From positions 69,938,001-70,002,000 of the forward strand of contig OZ076409.1 of NCBI GenBank assembly GCA_964187785.1: a stretch of 64,000 nt of DNA, read 5' to 3'. The stretch is from Amphiscolops sp. MND2022. Lineage: Eukaryota. The notes beneath the pieces are model-generated. The model did not search any database. It was not told where the DNA came from and worked only from the letters and a program-made list of their open reading frames with translations. Below, piece by piece: positions 52,961-64,000 of the stretch (position 1 is its first letter; each line of letters starts with the position of its first letter). The translations under genes and the position numbers were made by a program.

Positions 52961-53381
52961 AAAGGGCTGAGGAAAGTTAATAGCCGATTGTGGCTAGAAA
53001 AAGCTGATTGGACTAGCTGGGCAAATACACTGGAAGATCTTAGCAAAGATATAATGGAAATCGATGATTGTAATAAAATTTGGTCTAGGATCAAGCAGTC
53101 AATAAGTGAAGCTTCAGATAATTTCATTCCAACTGAAACATCATGCCATCACAGTAAGCCCTTCTGGAACGCTGACATATCCGCGGCTAGTAAAGATATC
53201 AGAAAATGTCGTGAACAGTTCAGCTTAAAATCAAACTACTCTAATGGTCTAGCACTGGCCTCAGCTAAAAAACACTTCAAATCTTCGCTTGCCCTGGAAG
53301 CTTCAAGTTGGATGCAAAGTTTATCACGAGAATTTGGTTACAAAACAGGGAAAGACTTCTGGAAGACTTACAACAGGCTAT

Positions 53382-56300
53382 TGTTGTATTTCTATGCTGA
53401 GTTAAGATCAGTGAAAACTATAAAAGATCAGATGTATTTTGTATGTGTATCTCGTATCAAAACTATACGATTAATGTATACAAAATACAATTCTATGCTT
53501 TCAAGTTTGTTTGTAAACAATTTGTTAGGTAGTCTATGTTTTTGTAGAGGTCATTCGGAATCAACACCGTATAACATTTCCTCCTGTCTCACCGAGCTCT
53601 TCTAGTTGAATGTCGATGTTTCCGGGGAGATTGTTTCGTTGGGCATGAAGTCTGCTGGTTTGTGCGTAGTTACTTGTTGGGGCGTTCCCTGGCGACTGAT
53701 CTTTTGATTCGAACCTGTAACAAATTAAATATTGTCTATCCCCAAAAATTTCCAGTATATGGTATACAGCCGTATCTCTTCGGTTTATTTGTGTTTCGGT
53801 TAGATCGCCGTGTTTTATTTACAGTGTTCTCACCCTGTGGACTTTCGCCATCGGTGTGAATTTGAATTACGTCTTCGTCTGGGTTGGTTCGTATCGGCTC
53901 GTACCAACCTTCCCGTTCCGATGTGTCGTAACTTCGGTTGCCGGTTTCCTCCGGGATTTCTTCATCATCGTCATCATCATCGTCTTCAATCTCCGACATG
54001 CTCGTTTTCCGATTTTGGACGATTTTTAGGTTGCCGTTTAGGATGTCACGCAGTATCTCGTCCCATCGGCCAATTTTACCGTCCGGCCCTCTCAGGCAGT
54101 GGCGATTCTCCGGAGTGATCTCGGCATTTGTTAATGCCGTATCTTTTCGGCTCTTCTTCTCGGTCTGAAACAACGGTCCCGAAATAACGTTTCGGTGTAT
54201 TATTTTTCCCGTATCTGTTTCTATAGTACTTTCAGTTCCGTCAATTGCGGTTTTGATTTTATTTTGGAATCTTCCTGCTAGTGACTTTTTGTTGTGATTT
54301 TTTTCTACGAATTTGAAAGGGTAGCTAACCGAGTTTTTCTTCTTCAGTGACTTTGGGCCTTCATTGGTTTGCCTCTCTTCGGTCTTGTTTCTTGCCATGA
54401 CCATATGATTGGTGATCTCGCCATCCGAATCGCGGCCAACAAAGATTGGGATCTTCGGTTTATTTGGTGCTGAAATAGATATATCTGACCAATCCGATAA
54501 ATATGTTTTTCCGTCTCTAACAATATTAGTTAGTTCGGTTCTCGGATTTCTACCGTGGTGAAGTTCAAATGGTGTTCTTTTCAACCCGGTATGTATTGTA
54601 AAGCGCATTACTCGAAGTGCTTGGTTCACGCTTTCTGTTAGGTCCGTTTCGTCTTCTAAATATGTTAGCATTAAATTTGTTAAAGTTTGTATCGCTCTTT
54701 CGACTACTCCGTTTCCCGTTTATAGTCGGGGTGTGCAGTATTCGATTTCTATGTTTCGATTCTTTTTTGTATTCTTTTGATATAAAGACCCTCCTTTATC
54801 CAATTAGATCTTTTCAGGTATTCCGTATAAGTTAAAATTATTTGCTAGGAAGTTTAGAACTTCCTTTGTTTCGGCGGTTTCACATATTTTTACTGTAGGC
54901 CTTTTACTAAAGCGGTCTACCGCTATTAAAATTTGGACATCCCCGCTTATTTGTTTGTTATGTAATTTTCCGGGAAAATTGATTTGTATTTCTTGGCCCG
55001 ATTCGGATAGTTTTTCCAATTTCCCGTAATATTTTTGGTAGTTGGTATTTTAAATTTTCACCATATGCAAGGCAGGCCATGCAGTCCTTGACCTTGTTCT
55101 CGATGTCCCGGTTAATGTCCGGCCACCAGAAAATTTTTGCTTCTGCTGTCAATTTTGTCATACCGGCATGACCGAAATGTAGAATATCTAGTAGCCGTCT
55201 TCGGAGATCAACCGGAACTACTATCTGGTCGTTCATCAACACAAGTCCCCATCGCATAGAGAGTTTGTCGATTACTGGTCTGTATCCTTCGGTGGTTGTC
55301 TCCCTTTCTTCCCGTCTCATGATTGCTCTTACTCTTGTACGTTCGGGGTCGATGGCGGTCTTTAAAATTTGTGTTTTTAGATCTAGCATAAATTCGAATT
55401 CGGCCTTCTTTATCGTGTCCTCGGTTGTTTTCTTGTTTCCAGTTAGATTTCACAAAATATGGTTGATTTGGATATAGTGGGCTTCTTTGCCGTCCGTATT
55501 GAATTTGCTCAGGTCTACTATAGGGAGGTTGTCTCCTCTCATGATGACGCTGTCTTCCTCGGTTTCGGGTGTCTCGGGTTCTAGTTTGCCTTCTTCCGGA
55601 TTTTGGGTTTCTTCCGTATCTTCCGTCAATGAGTGGTAGCCACCCCCAGACGGTGTGTTCTCTGTAGCAGCTCCGCATCTATCTCTGCTATTTCTTCTCG
55701 GCTGCGTTTATTTGGTCTTGTTGGTGCGAAGATTGTCCGTTGTGTGTGTGGATCATATCTTCTCCTTAGTGTTCCCGGTTTTGATAAGGCATTCCTTAGC
55801 TCGACCAGTCTGTGTCTTTCCAGGCTTTTGTTTCTCTTCCGTATGATGTCCATAATTTCCCGTGCCGCACCCCAGTGGTAAAAATTGTCTCTATCCATGT
55901 CGGTAATTTCCGAATTTGAGTTTAGTAATTTGAATGGTGTTTGAATGCTGTTTCAATTTGCAACTTGATTTTGACGCGCTAATTTTGGACTGCACGGATG
56001 TATTTTTCTCACTTCGGTTTCTTTTGTTCACGCCGCTTCTGTTCTGGAATGTTCTATTCGATTGTGATTGGTTCTTTTGCTGCTCAATTTTGTTCTCCGA
56101 TGTACCATTGTTTGTCTCGGTTGCGTGTTTGTTGCCATTTGATTGGTCGGCGAATAGTTGTCCGTATTTCAAATTTAAACTCGCTTGTTCGGATAGTATG
56201 TTAATTACGTATTTTTCATCGTAATTATTTTCTGGTGTGGCTCCCCCTACCGGATTTCTTTTAAGGTAATCCGTGAAATTCAAAGTGCTTCCTGCAATAT

Positions 56301-59095
56301 GTTGTATTGCAATGTCAAAGTGTGCAAGTCGGTCTAGCTACCGAGTTAATCTTGCGCTGTATTGTTTGTTGCATCGGTTTCGTTTTAATAATGGTTCCAA
56401 TGCTTGGTGGTCTGTATATAAATATACGTTCTTTCCGTAAAGATAAAATTGGAATTTTTCTAACCCCCACACTACTTCTAGTAATTCTGGTTCACCGATT
56501 GAATAATTTTTTTCGGTATTGTTCAAATATCTGCCACTGTACACAATCGGTTTTATATTCCCGTCATCTTGTTTTTGCCATAGTGTAATTCCGAGTCCGG
56601 TTTTACTTGCGTCGGTTGTTACCATGTTGTCTTTGTCCTTTGCATAGTGTGCTAAACATGGACCTTTGGTTAGCATTTGTTTTATCCGGTTAAAGTCCGT
56701 TTCTTGTTCCGGTCCCTATTTCCATGGTTGGTTCTTTTTCAGTAGTTTTCTCAATCGGTCTGTTTGTTCCGAAAGTTTCGGTAAGCATTTTGCCATATAT
56801 TGTATGGCTCCGAGGAATGATTTCAGATCTTTTGTATTTTCCGGTGCTTTCAACTTTAGTCTGGCTTCTACTTTTTCTTCGTTCGGTTTTATTCCGTTTT
56901 CATTTATTTCGTGTCCGAGCCATTTTGTTTCATTTATGAAGAATTCGGATTTCTTTTTACTTGCTCTGTATCCGACCTTCTCCAGTTTGTTTAGGACATC
57001 GAAAAGCTTTTTCTCATGATCTTGTTTACTTCCCGTGTTAATAAATGTATGTTGTCCAACCATGCCGTTGTACAATATTCGAGTGTCCGGTCGATTTTTT
57101 CTTGAAATATCGTGGGTATATTGGCAAGTCCGTAAAATCCTTTTTTGAATCTGTAGTATCCACTACAGTTCCCTCCGGTTATTGCGAAAAAACATTGTCG
57201 GCTCAGTTCTTCTGACAGTTTCATTTGCCCGTATGCGTAGTCCAAATCGATCTTTGATAGAAATGATTGTACTGTCCAGTCGCGTGTAATTTCTACCGAG
57301 ATTTGATTTAGTAGTTCTTCCATATTCGGCAAATGGGGTCTCATTTTAGTGCAGCTATCATTAAGTTTTCGGGAGTCAAGTGCGATTTTCACTGATTTAT
57401 CGCTTTTTATTGTGATTACTACCGGCGACACAAAACAATCTTCATCTACGTCGTTGATTTTTTCTAGGTGTCCGGTACGAATTAGTTTTTCTAATTCTTT
57501 TCCGACGTCTTCTTGTAGGTGTAGTGGTACAGGTTTTGCCTTCTGTTTGACTGGGTAGTGTCCCGGTTTGAGCTGAATGTTTATTTCGGTATCTTTTATT
57601 GTTTCATTGATTTGGAACAAGTCTCGGAATTTTCCGAATATTCTCTTTTTCACCGATTGGTTATTTTCGGTCACTTGTTTTTCACCAATTGTGAGTTTGA
57701 ATATTCTTATCCAATCCATACCCAATAAGGGTGTGATATCTGTTCTCTCGGTTATCAGAATTTCCATTTTTTGTTTGTTGTTTTCGTACTCAAGGTTAAC
57801 CGGAATCTTTTCCCGAAACTTTATCCGGTGGCATTATTGATATTGGGGATCCTGTGTCAATTATGAATTCTTTCGCTATGCCAATGATCTTTACTGTCGC
57901 GGTATAGTGTTTATTTGTTTCTTCGATTTTCTTGATTTCTTTTATGTGTTGTTTGTCTTCTTTTGACTCGCATGATGATTCGTTCAGTTCCTTCATTTCA
58001 TCGTCGATTAGTCTTTTCACTGTTCGGCTGCTATTGAAATTCTGTCTGCATGCTTTCGCATAGTGTGCTTTCTTTCCGCACTTGTTACAGTATACTTCGG
58101 TAGCAGGACATTTATGCAGTGGTGTCCAGTTCGGAGCATTGCAATATCTACACGGTCGGTTTCCGAAATTTTTCTTCTTCGGTTTCGCTCCTCATCCTTC
58201 CATTCTCTGTATTGGTTCTTCTTTCAATATGTGTTTCTCTTTCGTTGAAATCAGTGCTTCAGGAAATGTATTCTTTTTGTTTTTCTTTTCATACTTGTTT
58301 TGCTTTATCAATTCGGTTGTCTTCTTCATTTCCAGAGTTTTTTCTTTCATTATTTTGTCCCGTAATTTTTTATCGGTGATTGCTGTCATGTACTTCGATA
58401 TTAGCAGTTCTTCAGCCGAGATCGTATTAAAGTTACATTCTTTTTCAATATCGATTACCCGCCTCCAGAATTCCTCCGGTGTCTCCTCGTCGGTCTGTTT
58501 TGCCCAGAAGAAATATCCTCGGTTGTGGTAAGTGTTTTGTTTCGGCATATAGAGCTCGGTAAATAACCGGATTAAGTCTAATATTTTGATACTGTCGGGT
58601 TGGGTTTTGTATTCGGCCCTGAAATTTTGATAGAGTGATTCCGGTCCCACGCCCCATATAAAATCTTCTTGTATGTTTGTTTTTTTCCGGACCAATTGGT
58701 TATTTCTTCTCCTTTCAATAATGGAGTGATATCTATCTTGTGTTCCCGTTTGCTGAATTGCCGAAATCTTTCTAACCATTGTCTCGGTGTGAAGACTGGG
58801 TGTCCATCCGTAGCTTTTGCTTCTAAGTTCGGTACTATGGTTCGTTCAGCCATGTTGCTACAAGTTTGTTTTAATTTTGTTTAAAATGGCTGACTGCGCC
58901 ATATTGTATTTCTAAGCTGAGTTAAGATAAGGGAAAACTATAAAAGATCAGATGTATTTGCATGTGTATCTCGTATCAAAACTATACGATTAATGTATAC
59001 AAAATATAATTCTATGCTTCCAAGTTTGTTTGTAAACAACTTGTTAGGTAGTCTATGTTTTCGTAGAGGTCATTCGGAATCAACACCGTATAACA
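53382..59095 (-). mobile_element. Full-length Ty3/Gypsy LTR retrotransposon (inactive)
   Basis: ~195-bp LTRs (53382-53576, 58902-59095; ~5% different by manual count), TSD GCTAT, PBS TGGCGCAGTC and PPT GAGACAGGAGGAAA. Confidence 0.97.
53736..58853 (-). pseudogene. Gypsy gag-pol, multiply frameshifted
   Basis: Gag MAERTIVP.., protease FIIDTGSPIS, RT KIDLDYAYGQ..WLDNI, RNase H VTTDASKTG..YTDHQAL, integrase HFGHAG..WWPDI..VDRFSK. Confidence 0.95.
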
Positions 59096-60414
59096 GCTAT
59101 GTCAAAAGAACACTGGTAATATTGGTCCCATCCGCACATCCTTGGATCAACTTGCATGCAAGGTGTCAGAGATTGCCGACGAATTCCGAAAAGTTTTTTT
59201 CGAAGGTAAACATCTTTCCACTCAAAGGTTTGACGAAGATCATCATGAATATGTGAAAAGCGAAAACTCACTCCATTCGAATTACAATGAACATAATGAT
59301 GACCGTTTTGAAAATGAACCATATCTGAACTAGAACAAGCTCTCATAGAACTTCCACCTACTGGGTCCTTTGACATTGACAACTTTCTTATATTGATACT
59401 GAAACATTTGGGCTCTCGAGCCAAGCTAGCTGCTGTCCTTCATTTATTCAAGGAATGCTGGGCCGAAGGCATGTGGCCTTGGAGCATATCAAAAGTTATC
59501 TTCATCAGAAACAAACAAAAATCCTACTCCGAATAGTCTAGTTTCCGACCAATGACAATTTCCAGTCACATGGGAAAATTAATGGAAAGGATTATAACCA
59601 AACGATTGACCCTCCACTGTAAACGAAATATTTTGTTACAGCAACAGCAAGAAGGTTTCCGAGATAATCACAGCACTACCCGGTCCCTTTATCAACTACA
59701 CCTTGAGATGGAGTCTTTGAAGCGTTTGAAAAAACCCTCAGCTTTACTAAACGTTGACTTAGAGAAAGCATTCGACAGCGTATGGATTGACGTACTCTAC
59801 AACCGGTTAATTCATTTTAGGGTCTCTGGAAAAACGCTAAACATTATCAACATTTTCTTCCGAAACAGAAAAGTGTTCATACAAATTAGCAACTTCAAAT
59901 CGCAATGCTTTGTTACAAAGACAGGGCTCCCCCAAGGCAGTGTATTATCGCCTCTTCTGTTCATTATCTACATCAATGACCTTTTGTCAACATGTTTGAA
60001 CAGTTTCAAATTTGCTGACGATACATCTGTTCTAGTTACAGGCAAAAACTTCGAAGACCTTCAAGTTCGGTTGAACTCGACCTGTAGAGAAATAGAATCA
60101 TGGTGTCGGAAATGGAGAATGGTCGTCAATGGATCCAAAACTGAATTGATGCTGCTAAACTTTGAGATGTCTGCAGTCAATCTGCCTATGTCAAATTCTG
60201 ATACATGTGCACTGGTATCGAGCACAGAAATTATTGGACTTACTATAGACGACAAGCGGAACTACCATGAACACTTGGTAACAGTCACAGTCAAAGCAGC
60301 AAGAAACTGGCGCATCATACTGAGCAAATGTGCAGACCAATGGGGTCTCAGCATCCCCACTCTAATCCTACTTTACAAAACAGTATTTCTGCCACAAATA
60401 ATGTACGCCGCACC

Positions 60415-60924
60415 GGGTGGGTGGAAAAATCGTCGAAGGAACGGGATCGAAAATAAGAGTTAGTCCTTGGGTCAACATACCAAATTTTTGAATGGGATCG
60501 AAACAACTCGGATCGAAATTTTGATTTTTGGGAAACAAATCGATTTGCCGCAGATAGAATTTTCTAGAAAAGTATAAAACGTGTCTCGGATATGTCCCCA
60601 TTTCCTCTAGTGCCCCGCGGCCCCTTGGGGCCGCTTATGTTCCCATCTTGCTAAGCGAGGTCGAACAGGAGCAAAGATCTAGCGGGAACGGAGATCGCGA
60701 AGCGATCGTAATGGGAGCTGGTCTTTGCGACGGTGAGGGCCAGCGTGCATACACAGCATATGCCCCACATTATGATAGTCAATCGACTTGAGGCAAACAA
60801 AGCACGTTTTCGACCCGAAGGTTTCGATCAAATTCAACCGCATTCCATTCGATCCCTGCAATTCGTTCAAAAAGTTCGACCTCTGTCCTTTTGACCAGAA
60901 AAATTTGACCTATTTACAGCCACC
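60415..60924. mobile_element. MITE of the GGGTGG..GGTCGAA family, uninterrupted copy
   Basis: TIR-like ends GGGTGG.. / ..TTTACAGCCACC. Interrupts the LINE at the YAAP|WR codons. No clear TSD. Confidence 0.85.
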
Positions 60925-62116
60925 TCTGGAGACATAAAAATATATCCGATAACAATAAGTTTCAGAACAACATAATTTGATCGATATTTAGACATTGTCT
61001 ATCACCTCCTATTGCTGCTAGCGAGGTCCTGCTAGGAATTCCTCCTCTAGACTTGTACGGCAACTCGCTCGACATCAAATTTATGATCAAAGTTCCTTAC
61101 AATCTGACCTTGTCTCAACAGCCCATGCTGAAGCACTCCGAGTTAAAAGCACAGCGCATAACCTTCAATGCTCACTGAATAGATATCTTATATCCTTTAA
61201 CATTAATAATGATGCTTGTTTTTACAATAATGAAATGGTAGATGAATTTATGAACAGAATGTGGAATCAACGTTGGCGTTGTCCTACAAATAGTTGTCCT
61301 GCTTCTTGAAACTTTTTCTTGTACAACCTTCTGGTTCTACATTCAGTCCCTAGGGGAACGGCCACCCCTGGGAAGCAAATAAGATTAGCCAACTCCTCTT
61401 CGGCAATTCTCCAAGATATAATGAATTTTCGTGAAAAATGTATGTATAAACGAGCATCATCTATGTGCTCCTGTGGATTATCTGAAGAAAATACTTACCA
61501 CTTTTTCTTCAGTTGTAACCGGCATGACAATTACAGACCCCCTAGCCTGCTAACTCTTAATCTTATGAGGACCGAAGACTGCACTTCCTTCAAAACTTTC
61601 ATTCTAAAAACCAAGAAACTCCAATTAACCACGAAGCTTTTGGCTACGGAACTATTATTACTAATTTTACTCCAGTTACAAATCGTTTGACTCAACGTTC
61701 GCCCTCAAATAGGGGCTTAATTTATACGTGTATATATTCTCAGCCAGTTCTGAGAAATCGCAAATAAAGCAATCGATACAAAGCAAAAAGCTTGTTACGT
61801 AAATGTAGGATAGCACAATCAAAGTTCCGGTTCCGGGCGGAACTGGAAATCGAGCTCCGGTCCGGTTCCGGCCGGAACTTAAGAACGCATTCCGGCACAT
61901 CCCTAAACATAATATTGATATAACGGGCATTTGCACCAAAATTGATAGGTGAAAATTTCCATGACAATTCGAGACACTTGATTGGTTTAGATCTTATTCC
62001 GCTTTCTACAGAATAATGACACGATCTATGTCATCTGAGAAAAACTTTCAAATCTCATCATCTCTTGATACGATTAATATCGCAGTGTCACTGCGCCTTC
62101 TGTATGTTTTTATTCA

Positions 62117-62791
62117 TTGTCTGATGGCAAACGCCCAGACGGTGTTACCATGATTCCTTGGGAAATCGGTAAACAGCTAGTGTGGGATGTCACGGTTGTG
62201 GATGCTCTTGCACCCAGTCGCCTGAATCAAGGCTCTTTATGCAACCCGGGAACCACTGCCCCCGAGGCCGAAGCGCGTAAAATTGAGAACTTTTGCGAAT
62301 TATTAGACAATGGATACATTTTTCAGCCGGTGGCCTTGGAAGTACAGGGTTCTTTAGGCAAGAGCGGTGAAATTTTCATCCCGCGTCTCTGTAAAATGCT
62401 CGGTCGTTCTCACGACGATCAACGAGCTGGCAGCTTTTTGAAGCAACGGATTTCAATGGTTCTTCAGATCGGCAATGCGGCCTGTGTCCTAGGAACTGTG
62501 AGCGACAGAGATGCATTCGAAGCAATTTATTACATATAGCCTATTTTTTTACCTTTATATCATAGCAGCTTTATAAACAATTCTACCGGTTGAGTGCATA
62601 GTGGCTGGTTTGAGTAGTCTGTTGGTTGTTTTTATTTTGTTACTGGTCTACTGGTATGGTGGCTGGTATGGGGTCCCCTATTTTCGTTGCAGACCACAAG
62701 TGTGTGTCTTCCCCCCCCCCCCCCCCAACATGATGATACACATGGCACTTGATTGATGACGAAGATCCATGATATCTGATATAGGAAAAAA
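62117..62791 (+). mobile_element. CRE-like RLE non-LTR element, 3' fragment
   Basis: DGKRPDGVTMIPWEIGKQLVWDVT..PVALEVQG..FLKQRISMVLQIGNAACVLGT, plus a 3' UTR shared with 2836-3080. Confidence 0.9.
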
Positions 62792-63080
62792 CTTTCCTAA
62801 GTCGCTTTTTTACGAACACGTTTTTGCGCCCAGATTATGTGCTGAGTTAAGTTCCCAAAGTGGACACAGCAACATCTGGAAAGATCATTGCTTTCTTTAC
62901 GCAAAGGGTTTCGAATGCTTATGTGTATACCGATCTCAGACATCTGTGCAACATTTTGTTCCTATCATATTTTATGGTTACTAAAGCATGTTTTTTTGGA
63001 CTAAATGTTAGGTAACTTTTGAAGTAAAAAAAACGTAAATTACAAATTTCTATCATTTTAATTGGGTCGCTTTTTTCTTG

Positions 63081-63575
63081 AACAAGACGAGAACGTCTAA
63101 AGTCGGCGCCATATCTAAGGCTCAAAAAGTGTAAAACACTTTTTTTGGAAAAAAAATTGAAATTTTTTGAAAAATTTTTTTTTTCAAAAGAAGTCGCATA
63201 GTGCCGAAAAATGTAAAAGGGGGACCCTTCTGGATTTATTAACAAACATTCCGTTGCAAAATATCAAAAAACTCAAAGGGGGGACCCTTTGGGGACATTA
63301 AAAAATTTTCGAAAAAAAAGTCGCACCGTGCCGAAAAAAATCCAAAGGGGGGACCCTTTGGGCACGTCCGGTTTTGTATGCTTCCTTGAAAAAGTAAAAA
63401 ATGAAAGGGGGGACCCTTTGGAGTAAAGTTTGCCTTGGGCAGACTTGGCCTCAGGTGCTCTGCTCAGGATTGTAAAAAGTGGACCGATCAGTGTGAGGAT
63501 TGTAGTCTGAAGAAAAAAAAGGTCACTGCTATAGTCGGGCATTTTTCCTTAAAAGGAAAACGCGCCGACTAAAAA
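63081..63575 (-). mobile_element. HINE-like element, copy D
   Basis: AACAAGACGAGAACGTCTAAAGTCGGCGCC ... AGTCGGGCAT..GCGCCGACTAAAAA. Confidence 0.75.
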
Positions 63576-63701
63576 CACTCTAGTGATCGGTCAGTTACGT
63601 CACGGAAAGGGGGACAATAAATATATCTCCATTGTATATAGGAGATTCTCACTTTGAGAGTTTCAGATTTTTTGAAAACTATCCAGTTATCCATCTGAAA
63701 A

Positions 63702-64000
63702 ATGTCTGGCAAAGGCGGTAAATCTAAGAGTGGTAAAGTTGGCGCAAAGTCGGCAAAAACACGGTCAAGCCGAGCTGGGTTGCAATTTCCTGTTGGACGA
63801 ATTCATCGATGTATTCGCAAAGGCAATTATGCCGAACGAGTAGGAGCTGGAGCCCCAGTGTATCTGGCTGCTGTATTGGAATATTTGACTGCTGAGATTT
63901 TGGAGCTGGCTGGAAATGCCGCAAGGGACAATAACAAACGAAGAATCATTCCTCGACATTTGCAATTGGCTATAAGAAATGATGAAGAGTTAAACAAACT
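63702..64000 (+). CDS. H2A: Histone H2A (partial, runs off the window)
   Basis: [99 protein letters not shown]. No stops or introns. Confidence 0.97.
   Translation, partial: MSGKGGKSKSGKVGAKSAKTRSSRAGLQFPVGRIHRCIRKGNYAERVGAGAPVYLAAVLEYLTAEILELAGNAARDNNKRRIIPRHLQLAIRNDEELNK

Larger units (their letters stand above)
52960..61680 (+). mobile_element. 5'-truncated LINE ORF2 (linker, RT, C-terminal CCHC), split by Gypsy and a MITE
   Basis: KADW..HSKPFW, then ORF 59552-60463 with QEGFR, DLEKAFD, GLPQGSVLSP and FADD, then CSCGLSEENTYHFFFSC. Confidence 0.9.
51935..61905 (-). mobile_element. Internally deleted hAT transposon, probably hosting the nested LINE, Gypsy and MITE
   Basis: CCGG-rich subterminal arrays at 51935-52025 and 61825-61895, and terminus TAGGGATGTGCCGG on the minus strand at 61905. 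The left TIR and TSD were not found, so pairing of the two ends is inferred. Confidence 0.6.

Noticed and set aside
1..64000. Uni-strand piRNA-cluster interpretation of the window
   Set aside because: Element orientations are mixed, and this cannot be judged without small-RNA data.

Overview
Eukaryotic (animal-type) AT-rich scaffold with two 200-N gaps (21302-21501, 43378-43577). It is almost entirely a nested transposon graveyard. LTR elements: a full-length BEL/Pao (6299-14502), a full-length Gypsy (53382-59095), and Copia and Gypsy remnants. Non-LTR elements: at least 7 APE-type LINE copies or fragments and two CRE-like RLE fragments. DNA elements: an internally deleted hAT, several MITE families and four Helentron-associated (DINE-1-like) elements. 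It also holds a ~3.63-kb head-to-tail tandem array (~32840-43377) and a ~650-bp near-perfect hairpin. The only recognisable host gene is a histone H2A running off the right end. The best candidate for something undescribed is a LINE architecture with a stand-alone, intact, divergent SGNH/GDSL-esterase-like ORF0 upstream of a PHD + CCHC ORF1. A diverged second copy lies at ~24.2-24.5 kb and a possible analogue inside the tandem unit. All calls come from reading the sequence by eye; no searches were run.
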